Positions 26,672 to 37,225 of a stretch of DNA of 64,000 nucleotides are shown here, in pieces; within the stretch, counting starts at the first letter, position 1, and every line of letters begins with the position of its first letter. Below the pieces are notes generated by a model. The model was not told the DNA's origin. It did no database searches and saw nothing but the letters and a program-made list of their open reading frames with translations. Origin of the DNA: an uncultured Bifidobacteriaceae bacterium (GTDB lineage Bacteria; Actinomycetota; Thermoleophilia; Miltoncostaeales; Miltoncostaeaceae); contig CAYSVH010000013.1 in the NCBI GenBank assembly GCA_964434425.1, forward strand, positions 13,976 through 77,975, written 5' to 3'. The translations under genes were made by a program, and so were the position numbers.

Positions 26672-26904
26672 CAGTCCTCCGGTGTGCGGGTCTTGAGGGC
26701 AAGGGCGTGGATCGTCCCGTCGTCCATGTACTGCTTGACGGCGGCGTACACGAGCTTGTGCTGCTCGATCCGGGAGAGACCCGCGAACTGGGGGGCCACC
26801 ACCTCGGCTGCCAGGTGATCTCCGCCGCCGTGGTCTTCCACGACGGCCGTCGATCCCGGCAGCGCCGCCTCGATCATTGCTTGGTACTCAGTGACATCCG
26901 GCAT
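26671..26904 (-). CDS. BolA-family protein
   Basis: 'VVEDHGGGDHLAAEVVAPQFAGLSRIEQHKLVYAAV...IHALALKT'. Its stop overlaps the glutaredoxin start (ATGA). Confidence 0.85.
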   Translation of the reverse strand: MPDVTEYQAMIEAALPGSTAVVEDHGGGDHLAAEVVAPQFAGLSRIEQHKLVYAAVKQYMDDGTIHALALKTRTPED

Positions 26905-26990
26905 ACGGCAAGGATGCCACGCCGGTGGCGTACGTGTCTCGGCGCGGTGTGAGGGCGACCGTCGGCGCCCGGGTGTCGTACCCTTCTCGT

Positions 26991-27479
26991 GTGGCCGACG
27001 TCGTCTGCAGCGCGGGAATCGTTCCGGTCCACCTTTCTCCGGAGGGACTCGCATCCGTGTTCGCCGCGCACATGGGCGGACCGTTCTGGGCGCACAAGGA
27101 CCCCGGGGCGTGGTCGATCGCCAAGGGCCAGTACGACCCGGCGGAGGAGGATCCCCTCGCGGCGGCGGACCGGGAGTTCGAGGAGGAGATCGGGATGCCG
27201 TGCCCCTCGGGTGCGCGCATCGACCTGGGTGAGTTCCGTCAGCGTTACGGGAAGCTGGTCCGGGCGTACGCCGTGGTCATCGGCACGCCGGAGTCCGTCC
27301 GCTTCATCCAGAGCAACACCTTCGAGATGGAGTGGCCGCGGGGCTCCGGGCGCCTGCAGCACTTTCCCGAGATGGACCGTGCGGAGTGGATGTCGGTGTC
27401 CGTGGCGCGGGTCAAGCTCCTCTCCGGGCAGGTCGCGATCATCGACGCCGTCGAGAGGATGTTCGCCGCCGGACGGTAG
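26991..27479 (+). CDS. NUDIX hydrolase
   Basis: 'GGPFWAHKDPGAWSIAKGQYDPAEEDPLAAADREFEEEIG' is a Nudix box. Start set at GTG 26991 by homology; the ORF is open from 26925. Confidence 0.75.
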   Translation: MADVVCSAGIVPVHLSPEGLASVFAAHMGGPFWAHKDPGAWSIAKGQYDPAEEDPLAAADREFEEEIGMPCPSGARIDLGEFRQRYGKLVRAYAVVIGTPESVRFIQSNTFEMEWPRGSGRLQHFPEMDRAEWMSVSVARVKLLSGQVAIIDAVERMFAAGR

Positions 27480-27496
27480 CGGGGCGCCGGGTCGCT

Positions 27497-28228
27497 TCAC
27501 GGCGCCGGATCCGCGGTGGAGGGTGCCGAGGCCGAAAGCCCGCACAGCATCCCGGTGAGGATGGCCCGTCCCGTCGTCCTGCCGAGGTCGACCAGGTCAC
27601 GGAGCGGTGCCGCCAGCGACGTGCCGTCGCCGTCCAGAATCCGTTTCAGGAGCCGTTCGGCCGACGCATAGGTCGAACCGTCGCGGGCCGCCGCACGCAC
27701 GAGCGACCGGGAGGGCTCGCCGGTCCGGTCGAGCAGCGTGACGACGTGGTCCGCGTCGCGTCGCGCAACCTCGGGACGGACGGCGAAACGCACGGTCAGA
27801 TAGCCGCAGACGGCGTCGTCGCAGGCCGGGGTGAGACCGGGGCCGTGCCCGATCAACCGCGGTAGCAGGTCGTCGAGGGGTTCGCGGCCGAGTGCGAGCG
27901 TGCGGGGGTCGTTCCACCGGTGCGGGCGCAGGATCGCCGCGAGGGCCAGCACGTCCTCCCAGGACGCGGATCGCGCGACCGGCGAACGCGGTCGCGTCGT
28001 CGCGCCGGTGAGGTCGACCATGACCACGGTGCCCGGATCCCGGGCGGGGATCCGTTCGCCGACGAGGGTGCGCGGGCTCCTGGGTCCGGTGGGTCCGGTG
28101 ATGTGGAATGCACCGTCCTCGCCGGCGATCCACATCCAGCCGGGCCCGCCGACCTTCACGCGGCCCCGTACCGTCGCGCCGGTCACCCCGTCCGGGCGCT
28201 CGAGGGCGACGATGCGGTGTGGCGGCAT
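27497..28228 (-). CDS. DUF2877-domain protein
   Basis: 'LIGHGPGLTPACDDAVCGYL' matches the G-x-G-x-G-L-T-P-x-G-D-D motif of DUF2877 (AllH-like) proteins. Confidence 0.6.
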   Translation of the reverse strand: MPPHRIVALERPDGVTGATVRGRVKVGGPGWMWIAGEDGAFHITGPTGPRSPRTLVGERIPARDPGTVVMVDLTGATTRPRSPVARSASWEDVLALAAILRPHRWNDPRTLALGREPLDDLLPRLIGHGPGLTPACDDAVCGYLTVRFAVRPEVARRDADHVVTLLDRTGEPSRSLVRAAARDGSTYASAERLLKRILDGDGTSLAAPLRDLVDLGRTTGRAILTGMLCGLSASAPSTADPAP

Positions 28229-28320
28229 TCTCCGTCCTCTTATCTGCGTGGGGGGATTCCGGGATGACACGCTCCCCTCCGGTGTCCGGTTCGACGGGGT
28301 GACGACGGGTCATCCGTAGA

Positions 28321-29274
28321 GTGAGCGGCGTGGACGACCTTACCCCGATCGTGACCCGCATTCGGACCGAGCCCGCCCTGCGGGCCAAGCTCGAGCTGGA
28401 CGCGGTGGCCGACGTCGTCGGCGGGGACGGCGACGATGGGGGGCTCATCAGCATCGTCGACCGGTGGGCGGGCGTCGTCAGCGCCCGCCGGGTGAACGGC
28501 ACCGACCTCGTGCGCGATCCGGAGCGAGCCGGCTTTCGTGGCGTCGTTGCTGTTCTCGGCAACATGGCGGCGTCCGGATCCCGGGCCATGGGGCTCGTGA
28601 ACACGCTCTCCGGTCCACCTGACGCGCTGCGTCCCGTCCTCCAAGGCGTCCGCGCCGCGGCGGAGGTCTTCGACGTCCCCGTGCTCGGGGGTGACACGGA
28701 GACCGCGGGCGAACCGTCGCTGTCGATCTTCGCCGTCGGCTGGACCGGGCGGCCGCTGTCGGCGGCGCACCTCCGCCCGGGCGACGAACTCGTCATGATG
28801 ACGTGCGACGAGGTGGCGTTGACACGGACCCAGGAGGGGCTCGTGCTCGACCACCTCGACGGTCCGCGCGGATCACGTGCCGCCGCCGATCTCGACCTGA
28901 TCCCGAGCCTCTCGGACATCGGTGCCGTCTGGGCGGCGCGGGACATCTCGCGTGCGGGCCTGGTGGGCAGCGTCATCCAGCTGCTGGAGTCGGCGGGGAG
29001 CCTCGGCATGTCCGTCGATCTCGACGCGCTCGTCCCACCCGACGGCGTCGGCCTGGAGGACTATCTCGTGGCGGCCCAGACCTTCGGGTTCATCCTCTCC
29101 GGCGACCGGGGCCGTATCCGCTCCGAGGCGGATGCCGCCGGACTGGCCTGCCGGGCGCTGGGCATCGTCGACGACTCCGGCATCGTCCGCCTGCGTCGCG
29201 GGGACGCGGAGGTCCCCGTGTGGGATCTGACCCGGGAACGCCTCACCGGGCTCCGTGCGTCACCGGTGGAATGA
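28321..29274 (+). CDS. AIR synthase-related (PurM-like) protein
   Basis: GTG start. 'VAVLGNMAASGSRAMGLVNTLS' and 'FDVPVLGGDTE' are typical of the PurM/ThiL/HypE-like superfamily. Confidence 0.7.
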   Translation: MSGVDDLTPIVTRIRTEPALRAKLELDAVADVVGGDGDDGGLISIVDRWAGVVSARRVNGTDLVRDPERAGFRGVVAVLGNMAASGSRAMGLVNTLSGPPDALRPVLQGVRAAAEVFDVPVLGGDTETAGEPSLSIFAVGWTGRPLSAAHLRPGDELVMMTCDEVALTRTQEGLVLDHLDGPRGSRAAADLDLIPSLSDIGAVWAARDISRAGLVGSVIQLLESAGSLGMSVDLDALVPPDGVGLEDYLVAAQTFGFILSGDRGRIRSEADAAGLACRALGIVDDSGIVRLRRGDAEVPVWDLTRERLTGLRASPVE

Positions 29275-29326
29275 TGTGGAAAAGCTGAGGACCATCCTCC
29301 GGCAACCCGTGGTCGCGGGCGGTTGA

Positions 29327-30199
29327 TCAGATGGGGATGCGCAGGGTGGCCGTGTAGCCGCTCGTCGTCGATCCCGTCACGCTGGCCATCTGGAGTGAGT
29401 AGCCGTCGCTGAAGACGTTGTCCTGTGACAGGGGCGTCCGCTCGAGGTTGCGCGCGCTCTGGGGATAGAGCGTCCCGTCGCTGTAGACCTCCGCACAGAC
29501 ATCCTCGGGGAAGGCGAGCTGGGATGTGCGCAGGAGGTTGCTCGCCGTCGTGGCATCGGCCAGGCTCGGGTACACCTCGAAGTGGATGTGCGGCCAGCGC
29601 CCCGGATAGGCGCCCGGGAAGACCGAGACGAAACCGACCCTCCCGTCGGCATCGGTTTCCTGCACGCCGCGCAGGTAGTTCTCGTTCACCACGGCCTGGC
29701 TGTACATCGAGTAGTCGCCGTTGGCGTCGCAGTGCCAGACGTAGATGGCGGCACCGGCCACGACTGAGCCGACATCCGTCGCGCTGCTGACGTCGACCAG
29801 TTGCAGGTCGACCGTCAGCGGAAGGCCCGGAGCCGTTCCGGAGGCGGAACCGAAGCTCGATCGGATGTCGCTGCGGACGACGCCGGACTCGGTGAGGATG
29901 TTGACGTTGTTGGTGCCGTCGGCCGGGTAGGGGCCGTTCGTCTCCTCCGGGATCTCTCCGTCGCCGACGGTGACGGTCGAGCCGCCCGGGGCGCCGCCGC
30001 CGGGAGGTCCGCCGCCGGGAGGTCCGCCCGTCACGGGGGGCTCCGCCGTGGTGGAGCCGCCCGACCCGATGCCGCCGCACGCCGCCAGGACGGCGGCCGC
30101 GCTCGCCCCGCCGAGGATGCCCAGGGCACTTCGCCGGTTGAACAGCCGCGGGAGGTCGTGTTCCAGACCTCCGTCGACGTGGTCGTGCTCGTCGCTCAT
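29327..30199 (-). CDS. secreted intradiol ring-cleavage dioxygenase-like protein
   Basis: ATG 30199. Tat-like 'RRSALGILGGASAAAVLAACGG'. 'AAIYVWHCDANGDYS' and 'FPGAYPGRWPHIHFEV' are dioxygenase motifs. Confidence 0.8.
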   Translation of the reverse strand: MSDEHDHVDGGLEHDLPRLFNRRSALGILGGASAAAVLAACGGIGSGGSTTAEPPVTGGPPGGGPPGGGAPGGSTVTVGDGEIPEETNGPYPADGTNNVNILTESGVVRSDIRSSFGSASGTAPGLPLTVDLQLVDVSSATDVGSVVAGAAIYVWHCDANGDYSMYSQAVVNENYLRGVQETDADGRVGFVSVFPGAYPGRWPHIHFEVYPSLADATTASNLLRTSQLAFPEDVCAEVYSDGTLYPQSARNLERTPLSQDNVFSDGYSLQMASVTGSTTSGYTATLRIPI

Positions 30200-30303
30200 G
30201 CAGGGATTATGCGCGGTGAACCTGGGTACCGCCTGTGCCCGACCCGGGGAGCGGCTGTGGGTGCGGGGACGGGCCGGCCGACGGTGCCGGAGGGGTGGCG
30301 GCG

Positions 30304-32352
30304 TCAGCCGGGGTTGTCCGCCATCGTGACCCTCAACGCGTCGACGTCGGTTACGGGCGCCTGACAGGTGGTTCCGTGGCAGACGTATGCGGCGGGCTTC
30401 CCATCGATCGTACCGCGGTCCGTGAAGAGCGGTGATGCGGCAACGGCCCGCGCGTCGGACGGGTCCACCGTCAATACGAGGGCCAGAGGATCCGCGGCCC
30501 GGGCCGCCCGGGCCAACGCAATGGTCGACGGATCGCCGACGGGGCCGGCGACGATGACCTGGGTCGGAGGCTCGCCGGTCATCGCATCGATGGCGACGAG
30601 CGCCGTCCCGAAGGCGTGCGGGTAGCGGATGGCGTCGTGCGACACGAGCTCGAGAGCCCGGTGTGCCTGCGCCTCGTACGCGCGCTTGCCCGTGAGGAGC
30701 GAGAGGCGCCACAGAACCCACGCCGCCTGCGAGTTCCCGCTGGGGGTCGGGTGGTCCTCCACCTCGCGCGTGCGGGCGATCAACTGCTCGCCGTCGGATC
30801 CGGCGAAGAAGAAGCCGGCGCCGCCGGCATCGGCGAAGAGCGCCAGCATGTCCCCGGTCAGCTCGTCGGCCGTCGTCAGCCATCGGGTCTCGGACGTGGC
30901 CGCGTAGAGGTCGAGCAAACCATCGATGAGGTTGGCGTAGTCGTCGAGGCAGCCCAGGTGGTGTGGTGCGCCGTCCATCCAGGTGCGCCGCAGCCGCCCG
31001 CCCGTCCGGAGGTTGTCCAGGATGAACTCGGCGATCTCGGCGGCCCGGGCGACGTACTCGGGCCGGTCGAGCCAGACCCCGGCCGTGGCCAGGGCTCCGA
31101 TGGCGAGACCGTTCCACGACACGATCACCTTGTCGTCGCGGTCCGGGGCCGGACGCTCTGCGCGGGCCGCCATCAGCTTCGGAAGCGCCGACGCGAGAAG
31201 TGACTGTGCCTCGGGGCCGACGCGCTCGGCGACGTCGCTCATCGGACGCGCCACGTGCAGGATGTTCGCACCCTCGAAGTTCCCCTCGGGGCGCATGCCG
31301 TAGCGCAGGACGACGGACACGCCCTCGTCATAGGTGAGCACGGTCTCCATCTGTTCGGCGGTCCAGGTGAAGTACGAGCCCTCGCCGCCGGGCGAGTCGG
31401 CGTCCTGCGCCGAGGCGTAGCCGCCGTCCGGCGCCGCCATCTCGCGTTGCAGGTAGGCGATGGTGCTCTCGGCGACCTCACGCCAGCGGCCCTCGCCGGT
31501 GACGGCGTACGCCAGTGCGTAGACCCGCGCGAGGAGCGCGTTGTCGTACAGCATCTTCTCGAAGTGGGGCACCAGCCAGATCGCATCGGTGCTGTAGCGG
31601 TGGAAGCCGCCGCCGACCTGGTCGTGGATGCCGCCGTCGGCCATGCCGGTGAGCGTCGTCTCGACCATGCGGCGCGCATGGACGTCGGACGGCCGGCGCG
31701 CCAGGCGCCGCAGCAGGAACTCCAGGGTGAGGTGCGGAGGGAACTTCGGTGCACCGCTGAACCCGCCCGCGTGGGGATCGAAGGCCACGCCGAGTCCGGT
31801 CATGGCGTCGCCCACCGCGACGTCGGCCAGGGGTCTCTGCGCGGTGCCGCCGACCCTGCTCGCCAGACGCTCACGCACCTGCGCCCCCGTCTGCGAAACG
31901 TCACCACGACGATTTCGAAACGCCTCGTCCACGAAGCGCAGCACGTCGGGGAAGCCCGGCTGGCCCTGCCGCGATTCGGGCGGAAAGTACGTCCCGGCGA
32001 AGAAGGGCTCGGCGTCCGGAGTCAGGAAGACGGTCATCGGCCAGCCGCCCTGTCCGGACAGGGCGAGCGTCGCCTGCATGTACAGCGCGTCCACGTCGGG
32101 GCGCTCCTCACGGTCCACCTTGATGCAGACGAACAGGCGGTTCATCTCGGCGGCGATCTCGTCGTTTTCGAACGACTCGTGCGCCATGACGTGACACCAG
32201 TGGCACGAGGAGTATCCGATCGAGAGCAGCACCGGCCTGTCGTCCTCCCGCGCGCGGGCGAACGCCTCGTCCCCCCACGGATGCCAGTCCACCGGGTTGT
32301 CGGCGTGCTGGCGGAGGTAGAGGCTGGCGGATTCGGCGAGGCGATTGGGCAT
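30304..32352 (-). CDS. thioredoxin-domain protein (DUF255/YyaL, six-hairpin glycosidase-like C-terminus)
   Basis: ATG 32352. '[50 protein letters not shown]'. 682 aa. Confidence 0.9.
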   Translation of the reverse strand: MPNRLAESASLYLRQHADNPVDWHPWGDEAFARAREDDRPVLLSIGYSSCHWCHVMAHESFENDEIAAEMNRLFVCIKVDREERPDVDALYMQATLALSGQGGWPMTVFLTPDAEPFFAGTYFPPESRQGQPGFPDVLRFVDEAFRNRRGDVSQTGAQVRERLASRVGGTAQRPLADVAVGDAMTGLGVAFDPHAGGFSGAPKFPPHLTLEFLLRRLARRPSDVHARRMVETTLTGMADGGIHDQVGGGFHRYSTDAIWLVPHFEKMLYDNALLARVYALAYAVTGEGRWREVAESTIAYLQREMAAPDGGYASAQDADSPGGEGSYFTWTAEQMETVLTYDEGVSVVLRYGMRPEGNFEGANILHVARPMSDVAERVGPEAQSLLASALPKLMAARAERPAPDRDDKVIVSWNGLAIGALATAGVWLDRPEYVARAAEIAEFILDNLRTGGRLRRTWMDGAPHHLGCLDDYANLIDGLLDLYAATSETRWLTTADELTGDMLALFADAGGAGFFFAGSDGEQLIARTREVEDHPTPSGNSQAAWVLWRLSLLTGKRAYEAQAHRALELVSHDAIRYPHAFGTALVAIDAMTGEPPTQVIVAGPVGDPSTIALARAARAADPLALVLTVDPSDARAVAASPLFTDRGTIDGKPAAYVCHGTTCQAPVTDVDALRVTMADNPG

Positions 32353-32439
32353 GGGGCGAGCATAGGGAACGGTTCGCCGACTTCCTGCGGTCCGGCTCTC
32401 AGGGTCGCGATCGGCGTCCACCCCGCTACATTTTTTCCC

Positions 32440-33501
32440 ATGAGGGACTTCGTGACCAAAGCGGGTTCGGTGCCCGCACGCTCGGCCGTCGATCGCTGGC
32501 AGCAGGCCGCCCTGCTCGGAATGGCGGCCGCCATTTCGGACGACGACGACGCGCGCGTCGGCCTGGGGGCGGCGCTCTGCGCGCTGGACCATCCGCTCGA
32601 GGCCGGTCACGTGCTGGCGTCCGTGGCACCCGAGCATCCGTGGGGGCGCTGGTGGTCTGTCATGGCCGTCGGTCAGACCGGCGACCGGGAGGCTCTGGAC
32701 CCCGCCATTCACGCGGCGCGCGCCGACGTGCGCCCGAAGGGTGCCGACGGCAGGGACGTCTCACGGATGCTCGCGGACCTCTCGGCCGAGCTCGCCGATC
32801 TGGCGGGCGAGGGTGAGGGCACCGCGCGATTCACGGTTCTCGGTCATCGGGCACGCCCCGCGCGACGTGCCCTCATCGGCGGCCGTTCCTCCGCCGTGTA
32901 CGTGGTCGACCCGTCCTGGGAGGCGCTTGCCGTGGTCCGGCTCGGTCCGTCGGACGGGCCGGCGTCACGCAACGGCGCGCACCTGGGCGTGGACGAGATC
33001 ATCGAGCTGGTTCGCCGCGGAGAGGCGGGGGCCGGACGCGCCGTCCCGGGCGACGCGGCGGATGCCATGGAACCGGACGGCATGCTGGACGCGCTGCACG
33101 ACGATCCGGCCACGCGTGACGCGCAGCTCCTGCGCCTGGCGGAGGAGGTCAGGGCCGAGCGGAAGGAGCTGCGTGCCCAGCGCGAGCGTCTGGCCGAAGA
33201 GTGGTCGGCGGTCGATGCGGAGAAGCTCCGCGCACGCCGGGCGCGAGAGCGGGCGGAGGCCACGCCGGCCCGTCCGGCGTTCGAGGTTCCGACGACTCCC
33301 GGTGAGGCCGCCGCCCTTCTGGGTGTGGCACCCGGTGCGAGCCGGTCCACGATCCAGCGCCACTGGCGCGACCTGCTGGGGGCATGCCACCCGGACCGCG
33401 TGGCGGATCTCCATCCGCTCCTCGCCGAGCGTGCCGGGGAGCTCTCGGTCGCCCTCAATCGGGCACGCGAGATCCTGCTGCCCCCGACGAAGCGGCGGTA
33501 G
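32440..33501 (+). CDS. J-domain-containing protein (C-terminal DnaJ-like domain, unknown N-terminal region)
   Basis: ATG 32440 after a T-rich stretch. C-terminal '[57 protein letters not shown]' with an HPD motif. Preceded by a charged coiled coil. Confidence 0.7.
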   Translation: MRDFVTKAGSVPARSAVDRWQQAALLGMAAAISDDDDARVGLGAALCALDHPLEAGHVLASVAPEHPWGRWWSVMAVGQTGDREALDPAIHAARADVRPKGADGRDVSRMLADLSAELADLAGEGEGTARFTVLGHRARPARRALIGGRSSAVYVVDPSWEALAVVRLGPSDGPASRNGAHLGVDEIIELVRRGEAGAGRAVPGDAADAMEPDGMLDALHDDPATRDAQLLRLAEEVRAERKELRAQRERLAEEWSAVDAEKLRARRARERAEATPARPAFEVPTTPGEAAALLGVAPGASRSTIQRHWRDLLGACHPDRVADLHPLLAERAGELSVALNRAREILLPPTKRR

Positions 33502-33547
33502 ACCTGGCGTGAGAGTCTCCCGGTGACGCGAACGGGAGGTCGACCGG

Positions 33548-34018
33548 ATGGCATTCGTGGTTCTCATCGGGGCTGCGGGAGTGGGGAAGACGACGATCGC
33601 CGATGCGGTGGCGTCCGACGAGCCGGATGTCCAGGTCGCGCGCTTCAACGCGCTGGGAGCACCGCCGGACGACGATGGGGCGAGTGATGAGTGGCGACGT
33701 GCGACCACGCTCGAGTGGATGCGGCGCCTGGCTCCGGCGGCTGCGTCGGGCACGCCGGTCATCCTCGAGGGCCGCATGGACCTCGCCCACCTGGAGGACG
33801 CGGCGGCGGAGGCCGGCGGGGTGGCGTACACGCCGGTGCTCATCGACTGCGACGACGACGTGCGGCGCGACCGTGCCGAGGGTCGCGAGATCACGGACGA
33901 CGACGCGGCCGCAGGCCTGCGCGACGATGCGGCCGAGCGCGGCGCCCGCGTCATCGACACCACCATGCGCGGCGTGAACGCCTGCATGGACGAGGTGATC
34001 CGGCTGGTCAGACGCTAG
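33548..34018 (+). CDS. P-loop NTPase / small kinase-like protein
   Basis: 'VVLIGAAGVGKTTIADAV' is a Walker A motif. 156 aa. Confidence 0.7.
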   Translation: MAFVVLIGAAGVGKTTIADAVASDEPDVQVARFNALGAPPDDDGASDEWRRATTLEWMRRLAPAAASGTPVILEGRMDLAHLEDAAAEAGGVAYTPVLIDCDDDVRRDRAEGREITDDDAAAGLRDDAAERGARVIDTTMRGVNACMDEVIRLVRR

Positions 34019-34019
34019 C

Positions 34020-35195
34020 TCATCCATCGTGCGACCTACGGCGTGGTCCGGCGGCCTGCGGATAGCGCCGGCCGCGCCAGACCGGTCCGCGGCCGGTGAG
34101 CCGGTCGACGGCGCCGCGCGCCGCCACCAGCGCCATGAAGAGGACACCGAGGGGGAAGGTGGGCGCGTAGCCGCGCGGGGTCGGGGTGATGCGTGCCGTC
34201 AGGCGCTGCGCCCACATCTGTCCGCCCAGACCGAGCACTCCCAGAGCGGCCAGTGCGGGCTCACGCCGCACCGTGCCTCGGACGGTGGCGACGACCGGAG
34301 ACAGGGCCAGCACCCCCAGGAGCACGGCCGGGGCCAGCCCGCGGGTCCGTCCCCTCGGTGAGGCGAATGCCGCGTTCTTGCGCCATCCCCGCCACATGGC
34401 GCGCACGCCGTGGTACATGCGCAGACGGATCAGGTCGGTGCCGTCCGCGGGGATCAGCAGGTCGCCGCCGTCCTTGACGGCACGCGCGAGCGCGAGGTCG
34501 TCCACCATGTGCCCGTGGATGCGCTCGTGCCCGCCGATCCCGTCGTACACATCACGTCGGATCAACATGAATGCACCGGCCGCCATCGTCACCCCGGACC
34601 GCGATGAACGCGCCAGCGGCCCCGGTGCCATCACCGCGAAGATGATGAACGCGGCCGCGGGCAGGACGATCCGCTCCGATGCCGAGCCCGTCAGGATGTG
34701 CGGCGCAAGGGTCACGCCGGCGCGTCCCTCGCTACGTGCGAGCCGAAGGCATGCGGCCAGGGTGTCCGGTGCGTGGACGACGTCCGCATCGGTGAACAGG
34801 AGCCAATCGCCTGTCGCCTCCTGAGCTCCCCGGTGGCACGCCCAGCTCTTGCCGATCCAGCCGTCGGGGAGGGGGCCGGCGGAGATTATGCGCAGTCGCG
34901 GATCTCCCTCGGCGGCTCGATGGGCGACGGTGACGGTGTCGTCCGTCGATCCGTCGTCGGCCACGATCACCTCGATGTCCACGTGTGTCTGGCACAGATG
35001 ACTTCGGACGGCGTCCCCGATTGCCTCGGCCTCGTCGCGTGCGGGAAGGACGATCGTGATCCGGGCGGCATCGGTGTCGGGCCGATCCGGTACGTCGGGT
35101 CGCGGCACCCGAGGCTGGTCCCATCGCGCGGCGGCTGCCGTGATCCCCCAGGCAGCCGCGCTGATACCGGCGATCCACCGGCCGGTCACCGTCAC
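34020..35195 (-). CDS. family 2 glycosyltransferase (membrane-associated)
   Basis: 'ITIVLPARDEAEAIGDAV...VIVADDGSTDDT' and 'LLFTDADV'. C-terminal TM segments. Confidence 0.85.
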   Translation of the reverse strand: MTVTGRWIAGISAAAWGITAAAARWDQPRVPRPDVPDRPDTDAARITIVLPARDEAEAIGDAVRSHLCQTHVDIEVIVADDGSTDDTVTVAHRAAEGDPRLRIISAGPLPDGWIGKSWACHRGAQEATGDWLLFTDADVVHAPDTLAACLRLARSEGRAGVTLAPHILTGSASERIVLPAAAFIIFAVMAPGPLARSSRSGVTMAAGAFMLIRRDVYDGIGGHERIHGHMVDDLALARAVKDGGDLLIPADGTDLIRLRMYHGVRAMWRGWRKNAAFASPRGRTRGLAPAVLLGVLALSPVVATVRGTVRREPALAALGVLGLGGQMWAQRLTARITPTPRGYAPTFPLGVLFMALVAARGAVDRLTGRGPVWRGRRYPQAAGPRRRSHDG

Positions 35196-35236
35196 GGCAC
35201 CTCCGCGCGGGCCACGCTGCGCTCGGCGCGGGCGTG

Positions 35237-35503
35237 TCAGGGGTCGATCTCCCCCTCGTCCCAGTCACGCTCTCGGGCGAGCGAGGCGTACGCCCGCCAC
35301 TCGCGCAGGATCTTCTTCACGTCGCGCTTCGTGATCTCGGGGTGGCGCTCCTTGATCAGCGCGAGGGCCAGCTTGTCCGATCCGGGCGCGGGCGGGTCCT
35401 GCAGATCCATGACCACGGCCCAGACCTCGTCCTCCCAGAGCCTGGGGCGCTCCGCGAGGATGTAGTCGACGGCCTCTCCCAGATCGGGTTCGCGTTCGTT
35501 CAC
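35237..35503 (-). CDS. hypothetical acidic small protein
   Basis: 88 aa. The GTG start overlaps the stop of the upstream ligase gene (GTGA). High GC3. Confidence 0.6.
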   Translation of the reverse strand: MNEREPDLGEAVDYILAERPRLWEDEVWAVVMDLQDPPAPGSDKLALALIKERHPEITKRDVKKILREWRAYASLARERDWDEGEIDP

Positions 35504-37137
35504 CGCGGCAACGGGGGGCCGGAGGCCTCACGGTCATAGGTGCCGGCGGGAAGCCCCTCGTCGCGGAGCTCGACCTTCCGGACACGGGCGGTCGGGGTCT
35601 TCGGCAGCTCGGCCAGGACGCGGATGTACCGGGGCACCGCGAAGTACGGCATCCGCTCGATGCAGTGCGTGAGGACGTCCTGATAGTCGACCTCGGTGAT
35701 GCCGTCGCGGGCCACCACGCAGACGAGGATCTCGTCCTCCGCACCGGCGCCGTCGGTGCTCTTCACGCCGATCGCGGCCGCTTCGAGGATGTGCGGGTGG
35801 GACGACACCACGGCCTCGATCTCCATGGACGAGACGTTCTCGCCGCGTCGGCGGATGTAGTCCTTCACCCGATCGAGGAAGTAGACGTACCCGTCCTCGT
35901 CGATCTTTCCCAGGTCGCCGGTGTGGAGCTTCAGGTTGCGGAAGTCCTCCGCCGTCTTCTCGGGCATGTTCGCGTACGTCCGCATGACGATGTTCGGGAG
36001 CTTCATGTCCACCACGATCTCGCCCGGGGTGTCGGGCGGCTGCGGCATGTCCGTCTCAGGGTCGACCACCGTCACGTCGAACCCCGGAGTGGGGAGGCCG
36101 CACGAGCCGGGACGCATCGGCCGGCCGGGCGGGTGGTAGGTGACCATCCCGGTCTCGGTCAGTCCGTACCCTTCGGTGAACCGGATGCCGAACCGCTCCT
36201 GGAACTCGTGGAAGATGTCCTTCGGTGCGGGCATCGCCATGATCCGTGTGACCCTGTGGGCGCGGTCCAGGTCGCTCGCCGGCGTGTTCCAGATGAAGTA
36301 GTTGATGGCGCTGACCGTGTTCAGGATCGTCGCCTCGGCATCGATCACCTGGCTCCAGAAGTGGGAGGAGGAGTAGCGCTCGGCGAAGGCCACCCGCGCA
36401 CCGGCGATCATGGCCGGGTAGGCGGCGAGCACCTGGGCGTTCGAGTGGAAGAGCGGAAGGCACGAGAAGAACGTGTCGTCCTCGGTCACCTCGCACACGT
36501 TGTTGTAGGTGCGCCCCGAGAAGTAGTCGGACCCGTGCTGCTTGATGACACCCTTGCTCCGGCCCGTGGTGCCCGACGTGAACATGACGCGTGCATCGTG
36601 CGTCCACTTCACCTCGATCTCCGGAGGCTCGGGCGAGGAGTCGAACAGCACCGACAGGGGCTCCCAGGTGACCGACGGGTCGGGTCCGTCACGGCGTCCG
36701 GACTCCCAGACGAAGACGTGCTCCAGGTGGGGGAGATCGTCCTGGATCAGTGCGAGCCGTGTGAGGTACTCGTCGCTGATCACCAGGAACCGCGACCTCG
36801 GCAGGTTGATCACCCAGCTGAGGAAGTCACCCAGGTAGGCGGTGTTGATCGGGCTCTGAACGCCTCCCGCGCGGAGGACGCCGTACCAGAGGGGGAGCGA
36901 CTCCTCACAGTTGGGCAGGAGGACCGACACGCAGTCGCCCTGGCCGAGTCCGCGCACCAGGAGGGCGTTGGCCACGCGGTTGGTCTGGCCGTCCATCCAG
37001 GCGTACGAACGCCACGGACCGGATCCGAACCGGAAGTAGTCCCTGTCCGGGGTCGCTTCGGCTCGCGCCTTCAGGATGGTCGGGAGCACCCATTCCCGTG
37101 GGTCCTCGTGCCGGTACCAGTCGCTCCACTCGGTCAT
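35500..37137 (-). CDS. AMP-dependent synthetase/ligase (acyl-CoA synthetase family)
   Basis: 'MFTSGTTGRSKGV' (AMP-binding motif I), 'GYGLTE', 'TGDLGKIDEDGYVYFLDRVKDYIRRRGENV'. Confidence 0.9.
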   Translation of the reverse strand: MTEWSDWYRHEDPREWVLPTILKARAEATPDRDYFRFGSGPWRSYAWMDGQTNRVANALLVRGLGQGDCVSVLLPNCEESLPLWYGVLRAGGVQSPINTAYLGDFLSWVINLPRSRFLVISDEYLTRLALIQDDLPHLEHVFVWESGRRDGPDPSVTWEPLSVLFDSSPEPPEIEVKWTHDARVMFTSGTTGRSKGVIKQHGSDYFSGRTYNNVCEVTEDDTFFSCLPLFHSNAQVLAAYPAMIAGARVAFAERYSSSHFWSQVIDAEATILNTVSAINYFIWNTPASDLDRAHRVTRIMAMPAPKDIFHEFQERFGIRFTEGYGLTETGMVTYHPPGRPMRPGSCGLPTPGFDVTVVDPETDMPQPPDTPGEIVVDMKLPNIVMRTYANMPEKTAEDFRNLKLHTGDLGKIDEDGYVYFLDRVKDYIRRRGENVSSMEIEAVVSSHPHILEAAAIGVKSTDGAGAEDEILVCVVARDGITEVDYQDVLTHCIERMPYFAVPRYIRVLAELPKTPTARVRKVELRDEGLPAGTYDREASGPPLPR

Positions 37138-37225
37138 GCGGGGACGCTATCTCACCGACAATCCGGTGGCGAGAGGGGACGCCCCGCGCGCGTGTCGCTC
37201 CGCCCTGCGCGTGTAGGTTCACCCG

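Noticed and set aside
31255-32439. 748-aa plus-strand ORF overlapping the thioredoxin-domain gene
   Set aside because: The first ~395 codons are antisense to a well-supported gene and lack any motif. Only the part from ATG 32440 (the J-domain protein) is intergenic and protein-like.
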